44,984 nt of DNA from Clostridia bacterium (GCA_017452665.1 JAFTLZ010000104.1:1-44984); one strand, 5' to 3'; shown: positions 9,172 through 18,240, counted from the first letter of the stretch. A program made the numbers and translations. The notes: generated by a model from the letters alone, not told the origin.

Positions 9172-9945
9172 ATGAAATTTGGAATTTGCTGCAGCCCTGA
9201 AAGCGCGATGAACGATTATCCGAAAAAGGCTGACTATGTGGAGCTTTCTGCAATGGCGGTGCGAGATCTGGCACCGGAGCAATACAATGCTTTGAAGGCG
9301 GAGGTGGAAAAGGGAAGTATCATTACCTACAGCTCCAACGGGCTGGTTCCCGCAGATGTGCGCCTGACCGGACCTGATGTGAATTGGACGGTGGTTCGCA
9401 ACTACTGCGACGAGGTGTTTTACAAGCTTGCCGAGCTGAAGATTAAAATGCTGGTGTTTGGTTCCAGCAAAGCAAAGCACGTGCCGGACGGCTTTTCGCG
9501 GGAAAAGGCGTGGGATCAGCTTTACGAGGTGGGAAATCTGTTTGCAGATACCGCCGCGAAATACGGTCAGACGGTGGTGGTTGAGCCGCTTTCTTACACG
9601 GAGGTCAACATCGTGAATACCGTGCAGGAGGGCGCGGAGTACAGCCGTACGCTGAACCGCGATAATTTTAAGCTGTTGGTGGATTTTTACCACTTTGATC
9701 ACAACGAAGAGGATTGGGCGTCGTTGGAGCGGAACAAGGATCTGTTGATTCACGCACACATTGCAACTGCAAAGACCCGTACCAGACCGCAGAGCAAGGA
9801 GGATTGGGCGTTTTTTACAAAATGCCTCGGTGTGCTGAAAAAGATTGGATATACGGGAGATCTGAGCTTTGAAGGCGGCGGTCACGCGGGAGAGCTGATG
9901 AGCGAGATGGTTGTGCGGATGAAGGAGATTTATCCGACGGTATAA
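9172..9945 (+). CDS. sugar phosphate isomerase/epimerase (xylose-isomerase-like TIM barrel, tagatose-3-epimerase-like)
   Basis: metal-ligand motifs VVVEPL, LLVDFYH, HAHIA, LSFE; AGGAG RBS before ATG 9172. Confidence 0.85.
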   Translation: MKFGICCSPESAMNDYPKKADYVELSAMAVRDLAPEQYNALKAEVEKGSIITYSSNGLVPADVRLTGPDVNWTVVRNYCDEVFYKLAELKIKMLVFGSSKAKHVPDGFSREKAWDQLYEVGNLFADTAAKYGQTVVVEPLSYTEVNIVNTVQEGAEYSRTLNRDNFKLLVDFYHFDHNEEDWASLERNKDLLIHAHIATAKTRTRPQSKEDWAFFTKCLGVLKKIGYTGDLSFEGGGHAGELMSEMVVRMKEIYPTV

Positions 9946-9952
9946 GAACATA

Positions 9953-10004
9953 AAAAATGAGTCTGTCCCCCATGTACTTGTGCACGGGGGACAGACTCAT
10001 TTTT
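9953..10004. terminator. bidirectional intrinsic terminator
   Basis: AAAAATGAGTCTGTCCCCC...GGGGGACAGACTCATTTTT between convergent operons. Confidence 0.9.
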
Positions 10005-12114
10005 AGCTTTCCTTCCAGCACACGCCGTTGTGATCGGTGGTAAGTGAGGTGGAAGATGCGGTGGAATACTCGGCAGAGCTGCTGCCAAGGTAGATAACCC
10101 GTCCCGAAATGGAGGACGGGATTTTAAGGGTTACGACGGTCTCACCGCTGACCTTAACCGTAAGATACGAGCCGGAGCCGAGCGAAACGGTTTTGTTGGT
10201 TCCGACAGTGGAGAAGTTGGAGCATTTGGTGGCTTCTTCTGATATTCCGCCGGAGGGCATGATGGCTACGACGGAACCGCCGGTATACTGGTAGCCGCGC
10301 TCGGTGTCGATGGCGGAGTTCCCGTTCGAAGTGGAAATGACGATGGTGTTCCCGCCGGAGAACACGATGCCGCTATACTGGGTCTGGCTATTGGAATCAA
10401 TGCCGTCTCCGTTGCAGTAAATATAGACGGTTCCACCGCTGACAGTGATTGCCGTTCCGGTAGTGGCGGTGCCGTTGATGCCGTCATCGGAGGAGACGAC
10501 CGAAACCTGCCCGCCCGATATGGAAACATGTGTGCCTTCCAATCCCTCGTAACTGTTGGTGACGCTGACGGTTCCGTTGGTAATGGAGAGGGTTCCGTCG
10601 GCGTGCAGACCGTCGTCGTTGCTGTAAACGGTGATATTACCGCCGTTGACCGTGACGTTTCCGGTCGGTGCATCGCCGTTTTCCAGGGTGCTGTCGCAGT
10701 TGGCGTGAATGGCATCATCGTAGGCTTTGACGGTAACGTTACCGTCGTTGATGACGATCTCATTTCCCGCTTTCAATCCCTTCGTGGAGTGATCGCCCTT
10801 GTCGGTGTTGCCGTCGTTCATGCCCATGCCGCCCATTCCTCCCATGCCGCCTCCGCCCATCATGCCGTTGTTGATTTGGGTGGTGTAGTTGGTCCAGCCG
10901 CAGGAGAGGTTGTTTCCGCGAAGGACAAATGCAAAGGTGTCGTATCCCTCGCTGGGGCTGACGTAATCGGTGGACGCAAGATACTCATCCGCTTGGCTTT
11001 GCTCCATGGAAGAATCGTAAATAAAGAACTGCATTTTGCTGTAGTCGGGCATTTTGGGGAAGGTGTAGTAATAGTAGCGCCCCGAAACTGAGGAGTGGTA
11101 GGCGGCGTTGACCCAGACGAAATCGGAGTCGGAGTTGTAATATTTGACCGAATACCGATAGCTGTTACTGCTGAAGCGGATATAGTAAACGTCCTCGGAG
11201 ACTGCTGTGACCGTATCGGAATAGTTGGAATATTTGTCGGTGTAGATATTCAGTACGGTGGAGCTATCCTCGATTACCACGTTGTATGCCGCATCAATTC
11301 CGTCGCAGGCGGCGTAAATCGTATGCGTTCCGCCAATGACGGTTACAGTGCCGCGCTGATTGCCTTTTTCCGAAACATCGGTATTTGTAGTTTTGATGCC
11401 GTCACCGACGGTGGAGATCAGCTTGGTGGTTGCCGCCTCTAAGGTCACGCTATCGTTGCCCTTGAGCGCGTTGTCGGCACAGGTGACCGTCAACGTCAGG
11501 TTTTTGACCTGCAGATCATCTTTTGTATGGATGCCGTTGTTGTTTTCGGAGACGACGGTCAACGTGCCTTTTCCGGCAATTTCCAGATCGACCAGCGAAT
11601 AGATCGCCGCAGAGTAGAGCGTTTCATCGGTTTTGTCGATCGCCTCACGCATGTCGTAAATATAGTTTTCGAAATCTTTTTTTGCCGTGACAGAAACCTC
11701 GTCACCGCTAAGAATTGTGATCGAGTTGGTTGTGTCACTGACGAGCGAGAAGCCGTGCAGCTCCAGATCAAATTTGCAGCCGTCGCCAACGTCGATGACG
11801 ATGTTGCCCTTCAGCTGTCCCGAAATTGCGTAGACCGAGTCCTCCGTGACCGTGCCAAAGGTTAGCGTACTGCCTTCCCATGTGTAGCAATCCGGCGTAC
11901 CGGAGAGGCAGGTGATGACGGCTTCTTCGGTGGGGGCTTCAAAATATCCCTCGTACAGCTCAGACGAAAGCTCCTCGCCAAAGGCATCGTCAAAGCCGCC
12001 CAGGGAATTGGTTGTGGTACTGTTTTCGCCGTTGGAATCGGGAGTGGCATGGCATCCCGAAAGTATCAGAATTGCTGTTAGCAGGCAGAGGAAAAGGTGC
12101 GTTCTTTTTTTCAT
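10003..12114 (-). CDS. Cthe_2159 (DUF4353) carbohydrate-binding beta-helix lipoprotein with an inserted module
   Basis: lipobox LSGC; repeated DGIHS/DDAIHA/DDGIN/DGIDSN and ItIsGG beta-helix rungs; Gly/Met linker; start MKKRTH after AAGGGAG. Confidence 0.85.
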   Translation of the reverse strand: MKKRTHLFLCLLTAILILSGCHATPDSNGENSTTTNSLGGFDDAFGEELSSELYEGYFEAPTEEAVITCLSGTPDCYTWEGSTLTFGTVTEDSVYAISGQLKGNIVIDVGDGCKFDLELHGFSLVSDTTNSITILSGDEVSVTAKKDFENYIYDMREAIDKTDETLYSAAIYSLVDLEIAGKGTLTVVSENNNGIHTKDDLQVKNLTLTVTCADNALKGNDSVTLEAATTKLISTVGDGIKTTNTDVSEKGNQRGTVTVIGGTHTIYAACDGIDAAYNVVIEDSSTVLNIYTDKYSNYSDTVTAVSEDVYYIRFSSNSYRYSVKYYNSDSDFVWVNAAYHSSVSGRYYYYTFPKMPDYSKMQFFIYDSSMEQSQADEYLASTDYVSPSEGYDTFAFVLRGNNLSCGWTNYTTQINNGMMGGGGMGGMGGMGMNDGNTDKGDHSTKGLKAGNEIVINDGNVTVKAYDDAIHANCDSTLENGDAPTGNVTVNGGNITVYSNDDGLHADGTLSITNGTVSVTNSYEGLEGTHVSISGGQVSVVSSDDGINGTATTGTAITVSGGTVYIYCNGDGIDSNSQTQYSGIVFSGGNTIVISTSNGNSAIDTERGYQYTGGSVVAIMPSGGISEEATKCSNFSTVGTNKTVSLGSGSYLTVKVSGETVVTLKIPSSISGRVIYLGSSSAEYSTASSTSLTTDHNGVCWKES

Positions 12115-12128
12115 TGTGTCTCCCTTCA

Positions 12129-12824
12129 TTAAAGTTGGGTATCGACACTCTCCTGCTTTGAAACGGTGATTTCAAGGTTTCCGTTTCTGCAACGCAGCTT
12201 GTCGATCAGTTCCTTTTCCTTGGAAGGGTCACGCAAAACAACGTCGTAGGTCAAACGGAACATACTACCCATATTGGTGGATTTGACGCGTGTCAACTCG
12301 CAGGAGATGGCATATTCTGCAAAAATCTCCTCGAATACGCCGGTGTAGTCCAGGTCTTCCGGAATTGTGATCCGAAAGCTTTTGTATTTGGCACTGTTCT
12401 TTTTCGCGCCAAAGCTGATGCGATTGTAAAGCAGATTGATAACGGTGAGGATCACGGTAAACAAAAGTGCAAAGCCAAGGTAGCCCATACCGGCGATTAA
12501 TCCCGCTCCCATGGCGAGAAAGAGCATCCCGATCTCCTTTGCCGTGCCGGGAACCGAACGGAAGCGCACCAAGCTGAATGCACCTGCAACGGCTACGCCG
12601 GTTCCGATATTGCCGTTGACCATCATGATCACCACGCAGACCACGGCGGGAAGGGTTGCAAGTGTGACCACAAAGCTTTTGGTGTAGCGCGTGCGGTACA
12701 TATAGCCGAATGCAAGAATCAGACCGATGACCAACGAGCAGGCAATGCAAAGCAGAAAATCGGTGATGCTGATGACTGAGGTTATTTCCGCGTCGAAGAT
12801 TCCTTGAAAGAGCGTATCAAACAT
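12129..12824 (-). CDS. DUF4956 family membrane protein
   Basis: GAFSLVRFRSVPG signature, several TM helices, C-terminal ITIPEDLDY...LRCRNGNLEI domain. Confidence 0.88.
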   Translation of the reverse strand: MFDTLFQGIFDAEITSVISITDFLLCIACSLVIGLILAFGYMYRTRYTKSFVVTLATLPAVVCVVIMMVNGNIGTGVAVAGAFSLVRFRSVPGTAKEIGMLFLAMGAGLIAGMGYLGFALLFTVILTVINLLYNRISFGAKKNSAKYKSFRITIPEDLDYTGVFEEIFAEYAISCELTRVKSTNMGSMFRLTYDVVLRDPSKEKELIDKLRCRNGNLEITVSKQESVDTQL

Positions 12825-13563
12825 TTGCTAAGATCTCCTTTGTATTATACAGTATTTTTTGATTTTGTATTTCCGGGAAAATCAAGGTTTGGTATGCGGT
12901 TCCGTATTTGGAAAAGGAGGTTTTATAAACGCCGAGTTTTGAGAGCGTATGGACCATCCAAAGCGGCATTCCGCCGGCGCATTTGACCTCCATCAAAACC
13001 TTGCCATCCTCCAAAAGCGGGGTACCGTATATCGGTGCCGTGAGGGAAAGCTCGGTTTGGCGGCAAAGAATGTGATCGTCAAAGGTGACGCGAAAGGTAT
13101 CGTCATCTCTGGCGTAATACGCTTCGCGTTCGTAGGAAAGGAAAACGCTTGGGTGCAGGCTTTCATAATAGGAAAGGAAGTAGTCGATCTCGCGTGAGAT
13201 CTGTGTATTCTGTCCGATTGGGCTCTCATGACAAATCCAGTCCATGGCGACACGGTCGGGAAGTGATAGCCTGCGCTTGTACACAACGCCGTCGTATTTC
13301 TTTTTCAGCTCGACGAATACGGTGCTATCTGGCGTTGCCTGACAGTAGCTTCGGATGCGTAGCTTTTCCTTGTACATTGGTTTTTCAATGGAGCGGCGGA
13401 TCAACAGATAAGTATCGGTATCAAAATAAATATTGCGAATCGTGCTTCTGCCGTATTTATCCGGTTTCATATGTGGTTGCATTGCGGCAAGAATCTGTTC
13501 TTTTTGCGCTACTGTTAACAGATACTTCAGCTCATATCGCTTGAAAACGGTTTGAAATGCCAT
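12817..13563 (-). CDS. VTC-domain polyphosphate polymerase-like (triphosphate tunnel) protein
   Basis: RYELKY, IRNIYFDT, KEKLRIRSY, FVELKKK, YEREAY, RVTFD, LMEVK, FSKY; GGAGG RBS before ATG 13563. Confidence 0.9.
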   Translation of the reverse strand: MAFQTVFKRYELKYLLTVAQKEQILAAMQPHMKPDKYGRSTIRNIYFDTDTYLLIRRSIEKPMYKEKLRIRSYCQATPDSTVFVELKKKYDGVVYKRRLSLPDRVAMDWICHESPIGQNTQISREIDYFLSYYESLHPSVFLSYEREAYYARDDDTFRVTFDDHILCRQTELSLTAPIYGTPLLEDGKVLMEVKCAGGMPLWMVHTLSKLGVYKTSFSKYGTAYQTLIFPEIQNQKILYNTKEILANV

Positions 13564-13617
13564 GTACGCGCCTCCTTTCCGCACGGTCAGATTGAATTTG
13601 AGTTGTAGAGAGGATAT

Positions 13618-14346
13618 TTATCGGGGTTGCAATAAAGCGCTTTTTATCAGGTGTTGCATGGGTGGAAGCTTGAGGATACAATACAGCAGCATGGCACCGC
13701 CGCCGTTTAGAATCAAGTCGTCAATATCACAGCTGCCAACCATAAAGAGAAACTGTGCAGCCTCGGTCAGAATCACACACAGTAGTACGGTGGGAAGAAA
13801 GCAATACCACCTGCGCTGTGCCTTGAAGAACAGCGGCAGAAAGAGTGCGAAGGGCATAAATACGCAGATGTTGCCCAAAAGATTGAGCGCCGTGTAGTAT
13901 GCGTTGACGTATCCGTTGAGAAAGCCTTGAATATAGACCTGCCAGATGCTGTAAAACGGGCGGAGATTCAAGTAGTATTGAATGTAATATTCCCTGGCAT
14001 GCTCCCCCTCGGTCAGTATCAGTGCATTTCGCCCAAGCCCTCTTTCCAGCAGGGTGACGTTGAGCAAAAGATACAGATACATCAGAAAAAAGAAGAGAAA
14101 GAGCCGACGGAGTACCTCCCGCTTTTGTGTGCGTTGCACGTAAAGCACCCCGCCCAGATAGAACAGCAGGCAGACGATCAATAACAGCAACGCGCGCAAC
14201 AAGAAGGATTCCGAGCTAACGGAAACAAAGACATGCGCACGGACCTCGCCAGCGGCAAATGCGACTAATAGAAGGGAGGCGATGAAAAAAATCCATGTCT
14301 CGGTATGGCACAGCGAATGAAGCATTCGCGACAAAGTCCGCTTCAC
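13618..14346 (-). CDS. VanZ family membrane protein
   Basis: NLRPFYSI, NLLGNICVFMPF, EAAQF, GSCDIDDLILN. Confidence 0.88.
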   Translation of the reverse strand: MKRTLSRMLHSLCHTETWIFFIASLLLVAFAAGEVRAHVFVSVSSESFLLRALLLLIVCLLFYLGGVLYVQRTQKREVLRRLFLFFFLMYLYLLLNVTLLERGLGRNALILTEGEHAREYYIQYYLNLRPFYSIWQVYIQGFLNGYVNAYYTALNLLGNICVFMPFALFLPLFFKAQRRWYCFLPTVLLCVILTEAAQFLFMVGSCDIDDLILNGGGAMLLYCILKLPPMQHLIKSALLQPR

Positions 14347-14380
14347 GTTTTTTTCTTCCTCCTTGGTTCAATATAGATGC

Positions 14381-14409
14381 ATTATAACATAAAACAAGCG
14401 AAAAGTCTA
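14381..14409 (-). promoter_or_regulatory. sigma-A promoter of the vanZ-like gene
   Basis: minus strand TAGACT-17 nt-TATAAT with extended TG. Confidence 0.6.
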
Positions 14410-14456
14410 TAGATTTTATATAAAAAACTCTTCTTTTTTGTGCAAAAAAATTTTTC

Positions 14457-14485
14457 TTTACAAATTCTGTTTTTTGTGATATAAT
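14457..14485 (+). promoter_or_regulatory. sigma-A promoter of the nucleotidyltransferase
   Basis: TTTACA-17 nt-TATAAT with extended TG. Confidence 0.65.
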
Positions 14486-14530
14486 AGTGAGTACAGTAGG
14501 ATGAAGATCTGAATGAAAGGAAGAATTGCA

Positions 14531-15421
14531 ATGAAGGATACAACACTTGTGGTTTTGGCGGCAGGGCTTGGCAGCCGCTTTGGAGGAAATAAACAGATCT
14601 CTCAGGTAGGACCTCACGGAGAGATCTTGATGGAGTACTCGATCTATGATGCCATTGAGGCTGGATTTACACAGATTGTGTTTATTTTGAAGCCTGAGAT
14701 GGTAGATTTGATTCGGGAGAGCATTGGCAAACGCTTGGAAGGACGCGTTCGCGTGGACTATGCGGTGCAGGATGATACGACGCTGCCGGAATGGTACCAA
14801 AAGCCTACGGAACGCACCAAGCCGTTTGGAACCGTTCATGCCGTACTTTGCGCAAAGGATGTGATTCGCGGCGCATTTGCAACCGTGAATGCCGACGATT
14901 ACTACGGCAAAGAGGCATACCGTATCATGCACGGGCTGTTGCAGGGCTTGGAGACTGCGGAGGATGCGGCGATGGTGCCGTATGTTCTTGGTAACACCAT
15001 GAGCGACAACGGCGGTGTGACGCGCGGAATTTGCAGGATCGAAAACGGAAAGCTGGCGGACGTGGTGGAAACCAAAAACATTCATTACGAAGCCGACCGC
15101 ACGATCGTTGGAGATAGCGGCGTGCTGTCCTCCGATGCGATGGTCTCAATGAATATGTGGGGCTTCCACAAGGAGCTTTTGCCGCGGATGGACGCTTATT
15201 TTCTCGACTTTTTGAAAAATGCCGGTGCCGAGGATCTCAAAGCGGAATGCTTGTTGCCGATTATGGTGGGAGATTTTTTGGAGGCTGGAGATTTTACTGT
15301 TACTGCCCGTCCGTCCAGCGACAAATGGTTTGGCATTACCTACCGCGAGGATCGCGATGTGGTGGTGGAGCAGCTGCAGACTTTGCACGATCGCGGTGAT
15401 TATCCCGCAACGCTGTACTGA
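14531..15421 (+). CDS. sugar-phosphate nucleotidyltransferase family protein
   Basis: LAAGLGSRFGGNKQ, KPFGTVHAV, NADDYYG, SMNMWGF, WFGITY. Confidence 0.85.
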   Translation: MKDTTLVVLAAGLGSRFGGNKQISQVGPHGEILMEYSIYDAIEAGFTQIVFILKPEMVDLIRESIGKRLEGRVRVDYAVQDDTTLPEWYQKPTERTKPFGTVHAVLCAKDVIRGAFATVNADDYYGKEAYRIMHGLLQGLETAEDAAMVPYVLGNTMSDNGGVTRGICRIENGKLADVVETKNIHYEADRTIVGDSGVLSSDAMVSMNMWGFHKELLPRMDAYFLDFLKNAGAEDLKAECLLPIMVGDFLEAGDFTVTARPSSDKWFGITYREDRDVVVEQLQTLHDRGDYPATLY

Positions 15422-15430
15422 ATTTTTTTC

Positions 15431-15472
15431 AATCAACCCGTCGGAGATTGGATCTCGGGCGGGTTGATTTTT
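15431..15472. terminator. intrinsic terminator between convergent genes
   Basis: AATCAACCCGTC...GGCGGGTTGATT followed by a T run. Confidence 0.8.
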
Positions 15473-15475
15473 GCT

Positions 15476-16315
15476 TCAGGATTTTTTGGTTCGGTACTCT
15501 CGCGGGCGCATTCCGACGCGTGCGAAAAAAAGGGAGGAGAAGTAATGCTCGTCCGAGATGCATAGGCGGTCCGCGATCTCCTTGACCGACATGGTGGTTT
15601 CCCGCAACAGAATTTTTGCGGTCTCGGTTTTCAGCGTCAAAAGATATTCGTAGGGAGTGACGCCGTAGTTCTTTTTGAAGACGCGGATAAGATTGGATTT
15701 GGAAATGTGCAAATTGGATGCTACGGTGTCCAGATTGATCTTTTCGTACACGGAGGCGTCCAGCGCCTCACGGATTTTGTATTCGTCCGCGTTTTTGGAT
15801 GCGTTGATGGAGGCGGCGACAAGATGGATGATCTTGTGTACACATTCCGCAATCGTAAAACAGCTTTCGGAATATTTGTTCCCGTACTTGGCGGTCTCCA
15901 GTGCAAGCTCAAAATATTGGCGTGCGGTCTCGGAGGTGTAGATTCCCGATTGGATATGATAAGCGTCCAGATAGGCGGAGATGTAGCTCGCGGTATAGTT
16001 GATCCACATTTTTTTATAGGGGTGGGCGGAGTCGGAACGGTATTGGTGTTCCTCCTGCTCGCGCAGGATGTAGATGTCTCCGGATTTGACTTTTTTCCAC
16101 ATGCCGCCGATGCAAATCTCGCCCTCTCCCTCAAGCACGTACTCAAAGACGTTGATGTGGGTGTCGGCGTTGCGAAAGATCCGATAATCGGGATCCGGGT
16201 AACTGATTCCCACAAGGGCGTGCCGATAGGGGATTTGATCTGCCGGGAGAAAGGCATAGGTCCGTTCCTTTCGGTAAACCGACATCTTTGGTTGCATTTG
16301 TTCGAGATTGCTCAT
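15476..16315 (-). CDS. AraC/XylS-family transcriptional regulator
   Basis: cupin (FEYVLEGEG), HTH pair FKKNYGVTPYEY / SVKEIADRLCISDEHYFS; start at 16315 inferred from RBS. Confidence 0.9.
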   Translation of the reverse strand: MSNLEQMQPKMSVYRKERTYAFLPADQIPYRHALVGISYPDPDYRIFRNADTHINVFEYVLEGEGEICIGGMWKKVKSGDIYILREQEEHQYRSDSAHPYKKMWINYTASYISAYLDAYHIQSGIYTSETARQYFELALETAKYGNKYSESCFTIAECVHKIIHLVAASINASKNADEYKIREALDASVYEKINLDTVASNLHISKSNLIRVFKKNYGVTPYEYLLTLKTETAKILLRETTMSVKEIADRLCISDEHYFSSLFFARVGMRPREYRTKKS

Positions 16316-16344
16316 ATTCCACACCTTTTTGAATATATTTTGCA

Positions 16345-16394
16345 TTGAATTTTGCGCTTGTAAACATTATAATGGATTTAGCAAGAAAAGACAA
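16345..16394. promoter_or_regulatory. overlapping divergent sigma-A promoters sharing a palindromic -10
   Basis: plus: TTGAAT(16345)-17-TATAAT(16368); minus: TTGTCT(16394)-17-TATAAT(16371); core CATTATAATG. Confidence 0.65.
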
Positions 16395-16426
16395 GCCTTT
16401 TTGAAAAATTGAAAGGAGAATTTTTT

Positions 16427-18181
16427 ATGAATCGGAATCAAAATACGGGTTATCCCCGCGCGGAGCATCCCAATCCGCAATGGGAAAGAGAAAATTGGAA
16501 GAACCTGAACGGTGCGTGGATGTTTGAGATTGACAATGAAAAAAGCGGTGAGGAGCGCGGATTGCCTGCGGCAGAGACGCTTTCCGGGACGATCACACTG
16601 CCGTTTTGCCCTGAATCGGAGCTTTCCGGCGTTAACCGCAAGGATTTTATGTACTGTGTGTGGTACAAAAGGGTGCTCTCCTTTACCGAGGAAGATCTGA
16701 ATGGCAATCGCGTGCTGTTCCATATCGGCGCCGCCGACTTTGAGACCAAGGTATGGGTAAACGGCAAGCAGATCGGTATGCCGCACGTCGGCGGTGCAAC
16801 GCCCGTGGATTGCGACATCACCTCCGCACTGACGCCGGGAGAGAACATCGTGACGGTTGCGTGCTATGACGATACCCGTTCGCCGCGACAAGCGGGCGGT
16901 AAGCAGGCGATGCGCTATCATTCCCACGGCTGCTATTACACCCGCACCACGGGCATCTGGCAAACGGTGTGGTATGAGATCGTGCCCGAAAATTACATCA
17001 AATATGCGAAGATTCTGCCCGATCCGGTCAATGCCTCGGTTTCGGTCAGTGCAGAGCTTTGCGGTACGGGAGATTTGACTGCAGAGGTTTATTACGGGGG
17101 CAAAAAGGTTGGCGAGGCGTGCAAAAAGGCACTCTCTGTTACCGGACAGCTGGAGATTGCACTTTCCGAAACGCACTTGTGGGAAGTTGGAAACGGCCGC
17201 CTTTACGATTTGGTTTTGCGATTTGGTAAGGATGAGGTCAAGAGCTATTTCGGTTTGCGCTCGGTGGAGTTGAAGGATGGCAAGTTCCTGCTCAACGGCA
17301 AGAGTGTGTTCCAACGTCTGGTGCTCGATCAGGGCTTTTATCCGGACGGCATCTGGACTGCGCCCACCGAGGATGCACTGATAAAAGATATTGAGTGCAG
17401 CCTTTCTGCCGGATTTAACGGTGCAAGATTGCATCAAAAGGTCTTTGAGCCGCGCTTCCTTTATCATTGTGACCGTTTGGGTTACATTGTTTGGGGAGAA
17501 TACGGCAACTGGGGCTTGGATCACTCGGATATTGCCAATTTGTCAACCTTCCTTCCGGATTGGATGAGTGAGATCAGACGCGATTTCAACCATCCCGCGA
17601 TCATCGGCTGGTGTCCCTTTAACGAGACATGGGACTACGGTGTACAGTGCAAACGTCAGGACAACAGTCTTTTGCGCATTGTTTACGAACAAACCAAGCT
17701 TGCCGATCCGACGCGCCCCTGCATAGATACCAGCGGAAATTACCACGTTGTTACCGATATTTACGATGTACACGACTACGAGCAGGATCCCGCCATCTTC
17801 AAGGCAAACTACGACAAGCTTTATCTGGAGAACGAACTATTTGACAAGGTAAGCCACGGTCGCCAAACTTGGAAGGGAGAGCCCGTGTTTATCTCGGAGT
17901 ACGGAGGAATCGGTTTTCAGCTGGCCGACAACAAGGGAGACCGCACCGTGGCGTGGAGCTACGGTAAGGCGACGCACAGCTATGAGGAATTTTACGCACG
18001 CTATAAGGGATTGACCGATGCCATTTTGGACAATCCCCGCATCCTCGGCTTCTGCTACACACAGCTGACCGACGTAGAGCAGGAGCAGAACGGCTTCTTT
18101 ACCTACGAGGGACGTAATCCTAAATTCGATATGAAGGTTCTTGCCGAGATCAACCGCAGAAAAGCGGCAATCGAGGATTGA
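16427..18181 (+). CDS. GH2 glycoside hydrolase (beta-galactosidase-annotated subfamily)
   Basis: TTGIWQTVW, LDQGFYPDG, ARLHQK, WCPFNETW, ISEYGG, GFCYTQLTDVEQEQNG; AAAGGAG RBS. Confidence 0.88.
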   Translation: MNRNQNTGYPRAEHPNPQWERENWKNLNGAWMFEIDNEKSGEERGLPAAETLSGTITLPFCPESELSGVNRKDFMYCVWYKRVLSFTEEDLNGNRVLFHIGAADFETKVWVNGKQIGMPHVGGATPVDCDITSALTPGENIVTVACYDDTRSPRQAGGKQAMRYHSHGCYYTRTTGIWQTVWYEIVPENYIKYAKILPDPVNASVSVSAELCGTGDLTAEVYYGGKKVGEACKKALSVTGQLEIALSETHLWEVGNGRLYDLVLRFGKDEVKSYFGLRSVELKDGKFLLNGKSVFQRLVLDQGFYPDGIWTAPTEDALIKDIECSLSAGFNGARLHQKVFEPRFLYHCDRLGYIVWGEYGNWGLDHSDIANLSTFLPDWMSEIRRDFNHPAIIGWCPFNETWDYGVQCKRQDNSLLRIVYEQTKLADPTRPCIDTSGNYHVVTDIYDVHDYEQDPAIFKANYDKLYLENELFDKVSHGRQTWKGEPVFISEYGGIGFQLADNKGDRTVAWSYGKATHSYEEFYARYKGLTDAILDNPRILGFCYTQLTDVEQEQNGFFTYEGRNPKFDMKVLAEINRRKAAIED

Positions 18182-18194
18182 TATCTGTTGCTTA

Positions 18195-18240
18195 AAAACA
18201 ACCGCCCGTGTGCCATTGGTATGCGGGCGGGTGATTTTTT
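18195..18240 (+). terminator. intrinsic terminator
   Basis: CCGCCCGTGTGCCA-TTGGTATGCGGGCGG stem followed by a T run. Confidence 0.75.

Noticed and set aside
13618-14346. Glycopeptide-resistance locus
   Set aside because: Lone VanZ-family gene; no vanHAX, vanRS or ligase in the window.
16367-17524. 385-aa minus-strand ORF
   Set aside because: Shadow of the second GH2 gene with no recognisable domain.
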